A DNA stretch of 60,875 bases from Candidatus Hadarchaeota archaeon (GCA_964474885.1 CAYYWO010000005.1:1-60875), one strand, 5' to 3'. Numbered from the stretch's first letter, positions 9,603-19,867 are shown. Program-made: numbers and translations. Notes: a model not told the origin generated them from the letters alone.

Positions 9603-11363
9603 CTACTCGACAGTAACAGATTTCGCTAGGTGCCTCGGTTTATCGGGGTCGCATCCCCTCTTTACAGCCATGTGGTAAGCGAAGAGCTGCAGGGGTAGTA
9701 CAGCCAGGAAGGGAAAGAAAAGTTCATCCGTTTTTGGGAGGGCCACACAGGAGGCTCCGGGTACTTTACTCGAGGCAACAGTTAGGACATTGGCCCCCCT
9801 GCTTCGCACCTCCTCCACATTCGAAAGCATCCTCACGCCTGGCTCCCCCGGGGGGATGAGCGCTATGACCGGAGTTCCCTTCTCTATCAAGGCTAGAGTC
9901 CCGTGCTTCAGTTCGCCCCCCGCCATTGCCTCCGCATGAACGTACGAGACCTCCTTCAGCTTCAGAGCGCCCTCCAGTGCAACCGGGTAGGCTATTCCCC
10001 TGCCAATCAGGTATACATCCCTCGCCCCCCGCAGTGCCTCGGCTAGCCTCTCCATTTTAGAATCGACCTTCTTCAAAACGGATTCCATCAGCTTCGGCAG
10101 GGGAGACAGGTCTAGCTCAGCAGAGGACATGTGAAGGGCGAGGCGTAGCAGGAAGGCCAGCTGGCTAGTGAAAGTTTTGGTGGCGACCACGCTTATCTCC
10201 GGTCCGGCATGGATGTAACATGTCAGATCCGTCTCACGCGTTATGGTGCTCCCCACCACATTCACCAAGGACACCGTCTTTGCGTTCCACTTCTTCGCAA
10301 TCCTTATAGCCTTTAAGGTATCGGCGGTTTCTCCCGATTGTGTGACGGCAAGTACAAGGTCCCTCTTGTCCACCCTACAACTCTCTTGAAACTCAGAGGA
10401 GATGACCACCTCTGGAGATAGACCGGCGAGCTTGGAGAGGAAGTACTTGCCCAGCAGGCATGCGTGATAGGAAGTTCCGCAACCAACCAGATACACCTTC
10501 CTCGCCTTCAGCATGAGCTCCGAGAGCTTGCTCAAGCTCTTGAGATCCGAGCGCAGGGTCTGCTGGAGGGCTGAGGGTTGTTCGTATATTTCCTTGAGCA
10601 TGAAGTGGGGGTACCCCATTTTTTCTGCCATCTCTAGGGTCCACTTGACTCTCGTCGGCTCCCGGCTGATCACCTTCCCCGTCTTCAAGGACAGGATCCT
10701 GCACCCGTTTGCCGACAGAAGAGCCATCTCGTAATCCTGCAGAACTATCACCTTCCGCGTGAAGGGAAGCAGGGCGGGGATGTCTGAAGCCAGAAACATG
10801 GCCTTCCTGCCCAAGCCAATTATCAGTGGGCTCTCCTTCCTCACACCGACTAGTAGGTCCGGCTTCCCCACGTAGAAGATCCCGAGTGCATAGCTGCCCT
10901 TCAGCCTGGAGCAGGCCAAGCGGATGGCGTCTATGAGGTTCTTCCCACGAGATATGTAGTAGGATATCAGGTTGGGGATTACCTCGGTGTCCGTTTCGGA
11001 ACCGAAGCTGAATCCCTTGCGCTCGAGGAACTCTCTCAGTTCCGTGTAGTTTTCAATTATCCCGTTGTGGACAACTGCAACCCGCCCCTTCGAGTCGAGG
11101 TGCGGATGGGCATTCCTGCTTGAGGGTTCACCGTGGGTTGCCCATCTCGTGTGTCCCAGCCCCACGCAGCCTGGTAGAGAGGACAATTTCAATCTTCCCT
11201 CGATCTCGTCTATCTTGCCCTGATCTTTCTTCAGGTGAAGTTTGCCTTGGTGAAAAGTACACATACCAGCGCTGTCATAGCCCCTGTACTCAAGCCTCTT
11301 CAGAGCCTGCAGGAGGATGGGGGCGGCGGGTGCATTCCCAATGAACCCAACAATTCCGCACAT
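9603..11363 (-). CDS. glmS: Glutamine-fructose-6-phosphate transaminase
   Basis: MCGIVG, LEYRGYDSAG, GHTRWATHG, QSGETADT, LAKSVTVE. Confidence 0.97.
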   Translation of the reverse strand: MCGIVGFIGNAPAAPILLQALKRLEYRGYDSAGMCTFHQGKLHLKKDQGKIDEIEGRLKLSSLPGCVGLGHTRWATHGEPSSRNAHPHLDSKGRVAVVHNGIIENYTELREFLERKGFSFGSETDTEVIPNLISYYISRGKNLIDAIRLACSRLKGSYALGIFYVGKPDLLVGVRKESPLIIGLGRKAMFLASDIPALLPFTRKVIVLQDYEMALLSANGCRILSLKTGKVISREPTRVKWTLEMAEKMGYPHFMLKEIYEQPSALQQTLRSDLKSLSKLSELMLKARKVYLVGCGTSYHACLLGKYFLSKLAGLSPEVVISSEFQESCRVDKRDLVLAVTQSGETADTLKAIRIAKKWNAKTVSLVNVVGSTITRETDLTCYIHAGPEISVVATKTFTSQLAFLLRLALHMSSAELDLSPLPKLMESVLKKVDSKMERLAEALRGARDVYLIGRGIAYPVALEGALKLKEVSYVHAEAMAGGELKHGTLALIEKGTPVIALIPPGEPGVRMLSNVEEVRSRGANVLTVASSKVPGASCVALPKTDELFFPFLAVLPLQLFAYHMAVKRGCDPDKPRHLAKSVTVE

Positions 11364-11386
11364 TCAATAACTCAAGTTATTTGAAT
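11362..11386. promoter_or_regulatory. Imperfect inverted repeat over the glmS promoter/start
   Basis: ATTCAATAAC-TCAA-GTTATTTGAAT abutting the glmS ATG. Confidence 0.4.
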
Positions 11387-11447
11387 AATCCTGGGCCCGG
11401 GGCCTGTCCGGATCCAATCCCTTTCTGAGTGAGAGGAGGTGTAGGTT

Positions 11448-11705
11448 TCAAGGCCCCACAGGTTTCCGCTGTTTCATCTGACTGGCTCGCCCACAACCAG
11501 ATCTCCGCGGTCGATCCAGAAAACTCGGATGCGTACCGCGCATGCATTCGCCTATCAGGCAGCGTGATAAAAAGAACCTTGCCCCACAGGTACACAGTCT
11601 TGGACTGCTCGACGAGAGAGGACAACTCACAACATCCGCTTTCGGAACCCTGACAACCACCTCCGCTTGTATCTCCGCACATATGAATTGGCCTAGCTCT
11701 CCCAT
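11448..11705 (-). CDS. Possible small Cys-rich hypothetical protein
   Basis: 85-aa ORF with 7 Cys filling an intergenic gap; TTAAAA about 20 nt upstream; competing overlapping frames exist. Confidence 0.3.
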   Translation of the reverse strand: MGELGQFICAEIQAEVVVRVPKADVVSCPLSSSSPRLCTCGARFFLSRCLIGECMRGTHPSFLDRPRRSGCGRASQMKQRKPVGP

Positions 11706-11754
11706 CCGAGACCGACGCTTACTTTTAAGCCACCTCTTCTTCTAATTTAATTGG

Positions 11755-12915
11755 ATGGGCGATAGCAGTAGTCCGAAATCCATTCGGGACCTCCTCTCCG
11801 ACATGAAAGATACCTCCGACAGGATGGTTGACCTGTCTCTCGCCTCCGTCTATTTCGAAGATGAGGAGCTTGCCGAGCTTGTCCGCGAACTCGAGAAAAA
11901 CATGGATGAGCTAACCTACCAGTTCTTCCGCTCCTCAGCCATGGCTTCCAGGAGTCCGGAGGAGGCAAGGAGGATCGTAGGTCTCATGCAGATAGCTGTG
12001 AGTGCCGAGAACATAGCAAACGCCAGCGGTGACCTCTGCGCACCCGTCTTGGAGGACATGGACATCCATCCCGTCATAAAGGATGCATTGGCAAGCGCAA
12101 GCGAGAAACTGGCAAAACTGACGGTGGAGAGAGGATCTCAGCTCGTGAGTAGGAAACTATCCGAGCTCAGGCTCCCCTCCACCTTCGGAGTCTGGGTGCT
12201 GGCGGTCAAGGGTGACGGAGGCTACCGTGTGGCAGAAGACGGAGAGACCGTAAAAGCTGGGGACACATTGGTGGTGAAGGGTCCCCTGGAGGGTCTCATC
12301 CATGTGGCGAAAATGGCTGGGGATAGGCTGGTGCCCAGGAAGCCATCCGCGAGGCTGAGGGGGATAAGGAGGACATTGGCGGAAATGAGGGATGCTGCCG
12401 TCCTTTCGGTGGACTTGGCCTACTCTTCGGTCATCCTGAACCTCCGCGAGCCTGCCGAACTCGTGAGGAAGATCGAGCAAAAATTCGACCAGCTTAATTA
12501 CGGTCTTTGGAGCAAGGCCCTGAGGCTTGCTAGGAAGGGTGAGAAGAGTCTGACCAGCGTGCTTGAGCTCGTGAGATCCCTGGAGCGCATAACGGATTCC
12601 GCAGACTCAATAGCCGACCTCGTTCTAAGGGGAATGGAAATCCACCCGGTTATCGCCAAGGCAGTTGAAGAGTCAGACGAGCACATTTCCATGATCCAAG
12701 TGCAACCCGACTCCCTGCTCCAGCACCGGAGCTTGGGGGAGATAGACCTTACCTCGACTACTGGAGCGTATGTTTTGTTCATAGAGAGGGGAGGGAAGTT
12801 CCTCTACACACCCGGACCGAAAACAAGGCTCCTGGCGGGAGATCTGCTGGTGGTCAGGGGATCCAAAGCTGGCATCGAAAAGACTAAGCTGCTCGCAATG
12901 GCTAAGAGCTCCTAG
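11755..12915 (+). CDS. PhoU-like / TrkA-C (RCK-C) tandem-domain protein
   Basis: Two repeats of a PhoU helical domain (MKDTSDRMVDL / MRDAAVLSVDL) each followed by RCK-C (GDTLVVKG / GDLLVVRG). Confidence 0.8.
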   Translation: MGDSSSPKSIRDLLSDMKDTSDRMVDLSLASVYFEDEELAELVRELEKNMDELTYQFFRSSAMASRSPEEARRIVGLMQIAVSAENIANASGDLCAPVLEDMDIHPVIKDALASASEKLAKLTVERGSQLVSRKLSELRLPSTFGVWVLAVKGDGGYRVAEDGETVKAGDTLVVKGPLEGLIHVAKMAGDRLVPRKPSARLRGIRRTLAEMRDAAVLSVDLAYSSVILNLREPAELVRKIEQKFDQLNYGLWSKALRLARKGEKSLTSVLELVRSLERITDSADSIADLVLRGMEIHPVIAKAVEESDEHISMIQVQPDSLLQHRSLGEIDLTSTTGAYVLFIERGGKFLYTPGPKTRLLAGDLLVVRGSKAGIEKTKLLAMAKSS

Positions 12916-13405
12916 ATCTCCTCCAGCCCGGTCGCGAGATACCAACAAAGGCTTTCCCACCCAAGATCTCAGCACATATCACGACATCAGGACGTTCCAG
13001 CTCGACCTCCGGAGGGATCCCGAACCTCGCCTTCAGCCTTTCTACGAGTAAGGCTCCGACCTCTCTCTCGACTTCTGGGGTAGGGGGCATTATATCATGT
13101 GCCCCCCTCTTGCGTAGCCGGAAACAAAAGCTTTCACCTTTTTTCAAGAGATCGCTCACTCTCAGGGCGGCCCGCTTTATGGACTCCAGATCGCTTGCTG
13201 TTTCTTCCAGCAGGACGACGACCCTTCCCACGCTCTTGTACCTTGAGAGCTCCATTGCCAGCTCAAAGGGATCTCCCTCAGCCTCAACCAGATAAACCCC
13301 CCTGAAATTCGTCTTCCTCACCTCGGCTCGGGGCATGACCCTCTTTATCGCTAGAACCGTATGTTTAAGGCTCACGGGGCTCCTAGAGGTCACAAGCAAC
13401 TTCAT
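12902..13405 (-). CDS. THUMP-domain RNA-binding protein
   Basis: ESFCFRLRKRG, EVEREVGA, VELERPDVVICAEIL; ATG overlaps cgi121 stop. Confidence 0.8.
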   Translation of the reverse strand: MKLLVTSRSPVSLKHTVLAIKRVMPRAEVRKTNFRGVYLVEAEGDPFELAMELSRYKSVGRVVVLLEETASDLESIKRAALRVSDLLKKGESFCFRLRKRGAHDIMPPTPEVEREVGALLVERLKARFGIPPEVELERPDVVICAEILGGKAFVGISRPGWRRSRSS

Positions 13406-13920
13406 TTCTTCAGCTCGAGCATGGCGATCTTCTCCAAGATCATCTTCTCCACCTCTCCCCCCTTCAACCAAGCTGGTATCGAGTAAAGCTGCCTCAGGTG
13501 CTCCAGTTTGTCCTCCGACGTCTCAAGCAACTTACTCTCCTCCCTCAGGCCCAACAATTCAATCACCTCACGCATTAAACGCTCTGATTCACCGGGCCTG
13601 CCCAGAGCGATCACCACTACCTCCTGAGTTTCGGGTTTGATACCGACTTTCCGAATGGCTATCTCTATCTGCCTCTCTGCTGCTATCCAGCACAATAGAT
13701 CGAGCGAGTCCTCCCTAGCAAACCTCTCACCCTTCTTCCAAGAGTGAACTGCGAGTTTCACTGCATGCAAGACATGCAACAGACCAGCCACGCTCTTTGC
13801 ATCAAGAACTTGAACGATGCCTTCCCTTACCTTGCCCAAGACCTCGTTGATCTTCCTAGGCTGGTTCACTCTGCCGGCAGAGATCACAAGCTCCAACCCG
13901 TTGATCGCAAAGGATATCAT
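13402..13920 (-). CDS. cgi121: KEOPS complex subunit Cgi121
   Basis: VQVLDAKSVAG..H, LLCWIAAERQIEIAIRKVG, LEKIAML. Confidence 0.85.
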   Translation of the reverse strand: MISFAINGLELVISAGRVNQPRKINEVLGKVREGIVQVLDAKSVAGLLHVLHAVKLAVHSWKKGERFAREDSLDLLCWIAAERQIEIAIRKVGIKPETQEVVVIALGRPGESERLMREVIELLGLREESKLLETSEDKLEHLRQLYSIPAWLKGGEVEKMILEKIAMLELKK

Positions 13921-13977
13921 ATTTCTGATAGATAGGAGGACAAAAACTCCTCATAAAGTGTCAATCCAAATTTTGGA

Positions 13978-14619
13978 ATGTGGACCCCAGCCAAGAAAGT
14001 GCTGATAGAGGAGCTCCTGAAGGGCGAGTACTTTGAGGAGACCGAGGAAGAGCCCGAGCACGTTAGGACACCGTTCAGTGAGAAGGTCTCCAGGGCGAGG
14101 ATTCTCGGTACCGTCGTGGACAAGTGTTATGATGAAAGACAGAGACAGTGCTCACTCTTTCTGGATGATGGAACCGGGGTGATCGAGATCAGAACACCAC
14201 CATGGAGAAGCGAAGCGCCCGACTTGACAAAATACAAGCTTGGGGATATGTTGGACGTGATAGGGAGGGTGAGACGATGGGGGGGAGAACTCTACATTTC
14301 ACCCCAGTTGGTTATAAAAGTGGAAGATCCAAACCTCGAGACAGTTCGGATCCTAGAGATCGTGCGCGCTAGGAAAAAACTGCTCGCAGCGGGCGTGCTC
14401 CCAAGAGTCCGAGAGGCGCCAATAAAGACCGTCGAGCTTGGTATAAGCGATAGAGTCGAACGTCTCATCAAGGAACTCGATAAGGGAGAAGGAGTCTCAC
14501 TCGAGGAGATCGTTGACAGGTTGAAGGTTGATGCATCAGAGGTTGAACAATCCATCCGTTATCTGCAAGCTCTTGGGAGGATTTATGAACCACAAGGAGG
14601 GAGATATAGAGCGGTATGA
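13978..14619 (+). CDS. RPA2-like OB-fold single-strand binding protein with C-terminal wHTH
   Basis: RARILGTVVD, LDDGTGVI, DVIGRV; C-terminal GRIYEPQGG. Confidence 0.8.
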   Translation: MWTPAKKVLIEELLKGEYFEETEEEPEHVRTPFSEKVSRARILGTVVDKCYDERQRQCSLFLDDGTGVIEIRTPPWRSEAPDLTKYKLGDMLDVIGRVRRWGGELYISPQLVIKVEDPNLETVRILEIVRARKKLLAAGVLPRVREAPIKTVELGISDRVERLIKELDKGEGVSLEEIVDRLKVDASEVEQSIRYLQALGRIYEPQGGRYRAV

Positions 14620-15026
14620 AGGAGACCTATGAAGAACTGCTGAAGAGGGCCTACGGGCAGGTACCTAAAATAACCTTTGACAAGAGCCGCTTTAATGTAC
14701 CAGAACCGGAGGTGATTCAGGTTGGTGGGCGAACTGTCCTCAGGAATTTCAAACAGATATGCTCTACCCTGAACCGGGACGAACGACACGTCATGAAATA
14801 CCTGCTACGCGAACTAGGTGCTGCTGGGAACATCTCGGGAGACCAGCTCATCGTTCAGGGGAGGTTCACCGCGGAGAATTTCAAGCAGAAAATCGAGAGC
14901 TATCTTGAGGAATTCGTGTTCTGTAGAGAGTGCCACAGGCCTGACACAAAACTTGAGAAACAGGAAGGGATTCTCATTCTAAGATGCACAGCTTGCGGGG
15001 CCAAGACTTCTGTGAGACAAATCTGA
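14616..15026 (+). CDS. eif2b: Translation initiation factor aIF-2 beta
   Basis: YEELLKRAY, RFNVPEP, YLLRELG, CRECHRPDT, CTACGA. Confidence 0.95.
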   Translation: MKETYEELLKRAYGQVPKITFDKSRFNVPEPEVIQVGGRTVLRNFKQICSTLNRDERHVMKYLLRELGAAGNISGDQLIVQGRFTAENFKQKIESYLEEFVFCRECHRPDTKLEKQEGILILRCTACGAKTSVRQI

Positions 15027-15319
15027 TGCCATTACTCAGAGTTCTGCACGTCGGGGAGGAGTCCATCGCTGTCGTCTGTGACCGGGAACTCTTGGGAAAA
15101 GAGTTCAGGGAGGGAAAATTCGTGCTAAAAGTTGACGAGAAATTCTACGGAGGTAAGGAATCAAGTGTTAACGAATGCCTGCGTGCGATAAGGGAATCGA
15201 CTATCGCAAACCTCGTGGGATCGATAGTTGAGCACGCCATCAAGGAAAACCTCATAGATCCGAGTTGTGTTCTTAAGATAAGGGGGGTTCCCCACGCCAT
15301 GCGGGTGGTTATGAAGTGA
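15026..15319 (+). CDS. DUF424 family protein
   Basis: VVCDRELLGKEFREG, FYGG, ANLVG, IRGVPHA. Confidence 0.85.
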   Translation: MPLLRVLHVGEESIAVVCDRELLGKEFREGKFVLKVDEKFYGGKESSVNECLRAIRESTIANLVGSIVEHAIKENLIDPSCVLKIRGVPHAMRVVMK

Positions 15320-16074
15320 GGAGATTCTGCTACCGCTGCGGTTCTCTCGAGGGTGAACAGAACCCTTTGATTGGGGGCCTCTGTAGGAAGTGCTTAGAGA
15401 AGCAGAAACTCGTGGAGCTTGGGGACCTGAATCTCACCATGTGCAGAAAGTGCGGTGCTATCAGAGTAAAAGGCGGATGGATGGAGTTGGACTTTGAAAG
15501 CGGTGTTAGGGAGACGATCATGGACAAGATAAAGGTAGCTAGACTGGAAGGTGAATCTTTGACCTTCGTTCCCCTCTCTCAGAGCGGAGGAAGTTCGGTG
15601 AACGTAGAGATTAAAGGGAATACAAACAAGGCAAATGTTACTGTAACTGTCTATCTCAAGCTCAGCCCCGAGCAGGGTGAGCCCATCCTGCAGACCGTCC
15701 ATCCCCGCCTCAAAATCGAAAAACAGGTTTGCCCGATCTGCAGATTGAAGGATTCGGGGTACTATGAGGCGATTCTTCAGGTGAGGGGAGTGCCCGAGGA
15801 TGAGGAGGAGAGAGTAATGAGGATCCTCGAGGAAGAGACTTGGGTGGCACAAACAGAAGACCGGAGATCCTTCATCACTCGGGTTCAAGAGACGAGGTCA
15901 GGTTTTGATCTTTATGTCAGCTCGCTTGGATTGGCACGCAGGCTGGCGCGCGCCCTGAAAAAAATATATGATGTACACATTCAAGAAAGCTCTAAATTAG
16001 TGGGGGTCAGGAACGGCAGGAGGAGGTACCGGACTTCTGTACTAGTTAGATTGAAAAGCACCTGTAAAATATAA
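15316..16074 (+). CDS. nmd3: NMD3-family large-subunit biogenesis protein
   Basis: Four CxxC pairs, SGYYEAILQVR, GFDLYVSS, KLVG..YRTSVLVR. Confidence 0.9.
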   Translation: MRRFCYRCGSLEGEQNPLIGGLCRKCLEKQKLVELGDLNLTMCRKCGAIRVKGGWMELDFESGVRETIMDKIKVARLEGESLTFVPLSQSGGSSVNVEIKGNTNKANVTVTVYLKLSPEQGEPILQTVHPRLKIEKQVCPICRLKDSGYYEAILQVRGVPEDEEERVMRILEEETWVAQTEDRRSFITRVQETRSGFDLYVSSLGLARRLARALKKIYDVHIQESSKLVGVRNGRRRYRTSVLVRLKSTCKI

Positions 16075-17750
16075 TGGAGCTGACAGGAGCTGAAATGCTC
16101 TGGAAGTGCTTGAAGGAAGAAGATGTAGAGCATGTCTTCGGAATACCGGGCGGGGCTATCATCCACACTTACGACGCGCTTTACAGAGAAACCGGAATCA
16201 GACACATCCTTGTGAGGCATGAACAGGCTGCTGCCCATGCGGCGGACGGGTACGCGAGAGCCTCGGGCAAAGTTGGTGTTTGTATGACCACCTCGGGACC
16301 AGGAGCAACTAATCTCGTCACAGGCATCCTGAACGCTTATATGGATAGCTCCCCTGTGGTGGCAATTTCCGGGCAGGTTTCAACCAGTTTGCTGGGGATG
16401 GATGCCTTCCAAGAGGCAGATATGCTGAGCATAATGCTCCCCATCACCAAACACAACTTCATCGTCCAGCGTGTACAGGAGCTCCCGAAAGTTGTCAGAA
16501 TGGCCTTCCTCATAGCAAAGACCGGTAGACCGGGGCCTGTGCACATAGACTTCCCACGGGACGTACAGACGAAAAAAGCAGATGTGGAGATCCCAGCCCA
16601 AGTTGAGCTCGCGAAGCACGTGCGGCTAGACCCGAAACCTTACGAGGTGCTAAGGGCCATCAACCTGATCCTGCAAGCAGAGAGACCCCTCATCATGGCT
16701 GGCGGGGGGGTCATACATTCAGGTGCCTCCCCTGAGCTCATCGAGCTAGCCGAGCTTCTGCCCGCCCCCGTCGTCACGACGCTTATGGGAAAGGGGGCCA
16801 TACCTGAAGACCATCCGCTTGCACTCGGCATGCTCGGTATGCATGGGAGGATGGCGGCAAACCTAGCCGTGACAGAATGTGACCTTCTCATTGCCGTTGG
16901 AGTCCGGTTCAGCGACAGGTCCACGGGAGATGTCAGGTACTTCGCGCCCAAAGCTAAGATAATCCACATAGACATCGATCCAGTTGAGCTAGGTAAGATA
17001 GTAAAACCGGATGTCGTCATCCGTGCCGATGCCAAGCGAGCGCTGAGGAACATCCTATCCGCTCTCCGAGAGAGACTGCGGAAAGGGGGAGGAGAGGAGT
17101 GGATCAAAAGAGTCCAACATATGAGGAGGGAATTGGCTCCGAAGATGAACTTCGAGAACGTCCCGCTAAAGCCCCAGAGGGTCATCAAAGAAATCAATGA
17201 AACCGCTGGTCCCGACGCAATCATCGTGACTGAGGTGGGACAGTGCGAAATGTGGGCTGCACACTACTACTGCACCAAGAAGCCGAGGCACTTCATTGCA
17301 TCCGGTGGTCTGGGAACCATGGGCTTCGGCTTTCCCGCCTCGATAGGGGCAAAAGTTGCCAAGCCCGAGCATATCGTCATCAACATCGCTGGAGATGGAA
17401 GTTTCCTGATGAACTCACAGGAGCTAGCAACGTGCGTTGTGAACAAGATAAACGTGATAAATATCATCTTTAACAATCAGTACCTTGGCATGGTCAAGCA
17501 GTGGCAGGATCTGTTCTTCGGAAAGCGCCGATCTCAGACTTTCATCGGTGGTTCCCCCGATTTCGTCAAGCTCGCCGAGGCCTACGGTGCCTACGGAGAT
17601 AGAGCGGAGAAACCGGGTGAGGTTGCGGAAAAGTTGAAGTACGCGATGGAGCTTGACCGACCCGCTGTCATAGATGTTGTGCTGGACCCCGAGGAGCATG
17701 TCCTACCCATGGTACCGGCTGGGGGCAGGCTTGACCAGATGTTAACATGA
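16074..17750 (+). CDS. ilvB: Acetolactate synthase large subunit
   Basis: FGIPGG, RHEQAAAHAADGY, TSGPGATN, GDGSFLMN TPP motif. Confidence 0.96.
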   Translation: MELTGAEMLWKCLKEEDVEHVFGIPGGAIIHTYDALYRETGIRHILVRHEQAAAHAADGYARASGKVGVCMTTSGPGATNLVTGILNAYMDSSPVVAISGQVSTSLLGMDAFQEADMLSIMLPITKHNFIVQRVQELPKVVRMAFLIAKTGRPGPVHIDFPRDVQTKKADVEIPAQVELAKHVRLDPKPYEVLRAINLILQAERPLIMAGGGVIHSGASPELIELAELLPAPVVTTLMGKGAIPEDHPLALGMLGMHGRMAANLAVTECDLLIAVGVRFSDRSTGDVRYFAPKAKIIHIDIDPVELGKIVKPDVVIRADAKRALRNILSALRERLRKGGGEEWIKRVQHMRRELAPKMNFENVPLKPQRVIKEINETAGPDAIIVTEVGQCEMWAAHYYCTKKPRHFIASGGLGTMGFGFPASIGAKVAKPEHIVINIAGDGSFLMNSQELATCVVNKINVINIIFNNQYLGMVKQWQDLFFGKRRSQTFIGGSPDFVKLAEAYGAYGDRAEKPGEVAEKLKYAMELDRPAVIDVVLDPEEHVLPMVPAGGRLDQMLT

Positions 17751-18220
17751 AAACGCGGATCTTTTCCATCCTGTGTGAGAATGTACCCGGGGTCATGATG
17801 AGGGTATCGAGGTGCTTCACACGCAGGCAGATAAACATTGAATCCATAACGGTCGGGATCGAGCCCTCTGGTCTAGCTAGGATCATCCTCAGGTTCGTGG
17901 CAGACGATCACACCACCGAGCACATGAGGAGGGTACTGGAGAGGCTGATCCCGATCATCCACGTCGAGACCATAGATCCCGGAAGAGCGTTAACGAGAGA
18001 AATCTCCCTCCTGAAGACCAGGACACTGGATGAAAAGGAACTCGTGAAGTTCGTTGAGAAACTCGAACAAAACGGGGGCAAAGTACTGGAAATAAAGGAC
18101 GGAGTAGTGATCGCTGAGCTGAGTGGAGAGCCTGCAAGGATGGAGAATATCCTCAAGAGGATTTCAACCTACCTGAAAGAAGTTGCCCGTTCCGGTGCTG
18201 TTTACCTGTCCACTAGCTAA
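17747..18220 (+). CDS. ilvN: Acetolactate synthase regulatory subunit
   Basis: ACT domain ENVPGVMMRVSRCFTRRQINIESITVG; EVARSG. Confidence 0.9.
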   Translation: MKTRIFSILCENVPGVMMRVSRCFTRRQINIESITVGIEPSGLARIILRFVADDHTTEHMRRVLERLIPIIHVETIDPGRALTREISLLKTRTLDEKELVKFVEKLEQNGGKVLEIKDGVVIAELSGEPARMENILKRISTYLKEVARSGAVYLSTS

Positions 18221-18418
18221 AAAACTATAGGATTCGGCCTCCCCTCCACACTCGGCGCACAGTCCGGTCTCCAGAATTGCCTGATCCTTTTCCGCACACC
18301 TCCTGCAGTAGGCCTTTCCACACTGCATGCACCGTATCAGCTCCTCCTCTGGCACCTCAGCTCCGCAGATCTCGCACCTAGCCAAGATCTGCCTCTTTCT
18401 GCCTCTCCTCCTAGTCAT
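18164..18418 (-). CDS. Small multi-CxxC zinc-finger protein
   Basis: CEIC, CMQC, CRRC, CAEC; own upstream TTTAAAA. Confidence 0.65.
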   Translation of the reverse strand: MTRRRGRKRQILARCEICGAEVPEEELIRCMQCGKAYCRRCAEKDQAILETGLCAECGGEAESYSFLASGQVNSTGTGNFFQVG

Positions 18419-18452
18419 CCGGTTAATTAGAAAAAATCTGCTTTTAAAGGTG

Positions 18453-19214
18453 TCACGCCCTCCTGAACACCGAGGTCACGAGAAAGATAGCCGAGCCGAC
18501 CAGGATTATCAGGATGCCAGAGGAAATCTCAAACATCCACGATAGAAGGACGCCGCCCACCGCACTTCCGACACCCAACAAGACTGCAATAAACTTGTAT
18601 TCCTTTAAACTCCTAGAAATGTTGCGCGCAGCTGCGGCAGGTATCGCCACCAAGGCGGCTGTCAGCAACCCCCCAACTATCTTGACTCCTAGGGCTACCA
18701 CGGCCCCTACAACCAAGAGGTAAATTAAATTGTGTCTCCCAACGTTAATACCTGTTATCCTAGCCATGTCTTCGGACATGCACGTGAGAATAATATCCCC
18801 GTAAATCCTGCTCACCACGGCCAAAGCAGGGGCTGAAACCAAGAGAGAGCACATCATATCTGAGAGTTCTATCTTGGTCAGGTCACCCACCAGGGCTCTC
18901 TCTGCTTCCTCTAGTGGTAAAAACAGGAAGGACACAGCCACACCCGTGGCGAAGACTATCGCGGTCAGAGCCTCAACTGGGAGTCTAGTTCTCAACTCTA
19001 GGAGCCATATCAGCAAGACACCCAACAAAACGAATGGAAAGGCACCTAGAGTTATGTCAAAGTTGTAAAGGAGAGCTAATGCAGCACCGGGCAAGGTTAG
19101 ATGACCCAGAGGACCCGCAACTAGGGCCATCCTCTTTCCTAGCATCAGAGTCCCTACATATGATGCAACAGCCGAAATAATGCCCGCGGTTACCAAGCTA
19201 GTGCTTATGTTCAT
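18453..19214 (-). CDS. Mn/Zn ABC transporter permease (ZnuB/MntB family)
   Basis: Multi-TM, HLTLPGAALA, VGGLLTAALVAIPAAAA. Confidence 0.9.
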   Translation of the reverse strand: MNISTSLVTAGIISAVASYVGTLMLGKRMALVAGPLGHLTLPGAALALLYNFDITLGAFPFVLLGVLLIWLLELRTRLPVEALTAIVFATGVAVSFLFLPLEEAERALVGDLTKIELSDMMCSLLVSAPALAVVSRIYGDIILTCMSEDMARITGINVGRHNLIYLLVVGAVVALGVKIVGGLLTAALVAIPAAAARNISRSLKEYKFIAVLLGVGSAVGGVLLSWMFEISSGILIILVGSAIFLVTSVFRRA

Positions 19215-19866
19215 AGATTTTCACCCCTCTTCCATACAATCGGCTGAGAAGTCTGGCGGTGATCCTAGAGGGAGGACCTGCACAGAGAACTCGCTTGTTC
19301 AAACATATACACCGATCTGACATTCCATGAACCACGCTCAAGTCGTGGGTTACCATGATCAAGGTTAGGTTCCGCTTCTTCTGCAGATGCTTGAGGTAAT
19401 GATAGACCGTCTTCTCAACACCTACATCAAGACCTGACATCGGCTCGTCGAACAACAGTACATCTGGATCTCCGAGCAAAGCAAAAACCAGCAAGACTCT
19501 CTGAAATTGCCCTGAAGATAGGACACCTAGAGGTTTCCGGAGAATATCCTGTACAGCAAGCGAGCGAAAGACCTCACCTTCGCAGGGTACTTTTTTCAAG
19601 CGCAGGAACTCCTGAACAGTTATAGGGAAATCTCTGAAAAGAGGTACTCTCTGGGGAACATATCCTATTCTTACTTTCCTCTCCCATTCGATTTCCCCCG
19701 TGTATGGAACGAGCCCCAAGAGCGCTCTCAACAGAACAGTTTTCCCTGCGCCATTGGGGCCCAAAATAGTCACCGTTTGCCCCTCCTCGACCTCGAAGCT
19801 AACATCTTGAAGAACGGGCTCACCATTAAACCTCACCGTGAGATCTCTTACCCTCAGAATTCGCAT
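19198..19866 (-). CDS. Mn/Zn ABC transporter ATPase (ZnuC family)
   Basis: GPNGAGKT, IGYVPQR, LSSGQFQR, FDEP, THDL; His-containing C-terminus. Confidence 0.9.
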   Translation of the reverse strand: MRILRVRDLTVRFNGEPVLQDVSFEVEEGQTVTILGPNGAGKTVLLRALLGLVPYTGEIEWERKVRIGYVPQRVPLFRDFPITVQEFLRLKKVPCEGEVFRSLAVQDILRKPLGVLSSGQFQRVLLVFALLGDPDVLLFDEPMSGLDVGVEKTVYHYLKHLQKKRNLTLIMVTHDLSVVHGMSDRCICLNKRVLCAGPPSRITARLLSRLYGRGVKIYEHKH

Positions 19867-19867
19867 T

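Noticed and set aside
11364-11720. glmS ribozyme, SRP RNA or RNase P RNA upstream of glmS
   Set aside because: No AGCGCC..GACGAGG ribozyme core, SRP helix-8 GCCAGGCCCGGAAGGGAGC-like motif or RNase P GAGGAAAGTCC motif seen on either strand.
11701-11759. CCCATCC..GGATGGG inverted repeat
   Set aside because: Only 7 bp and explained by two divergent ATG-GG starts.
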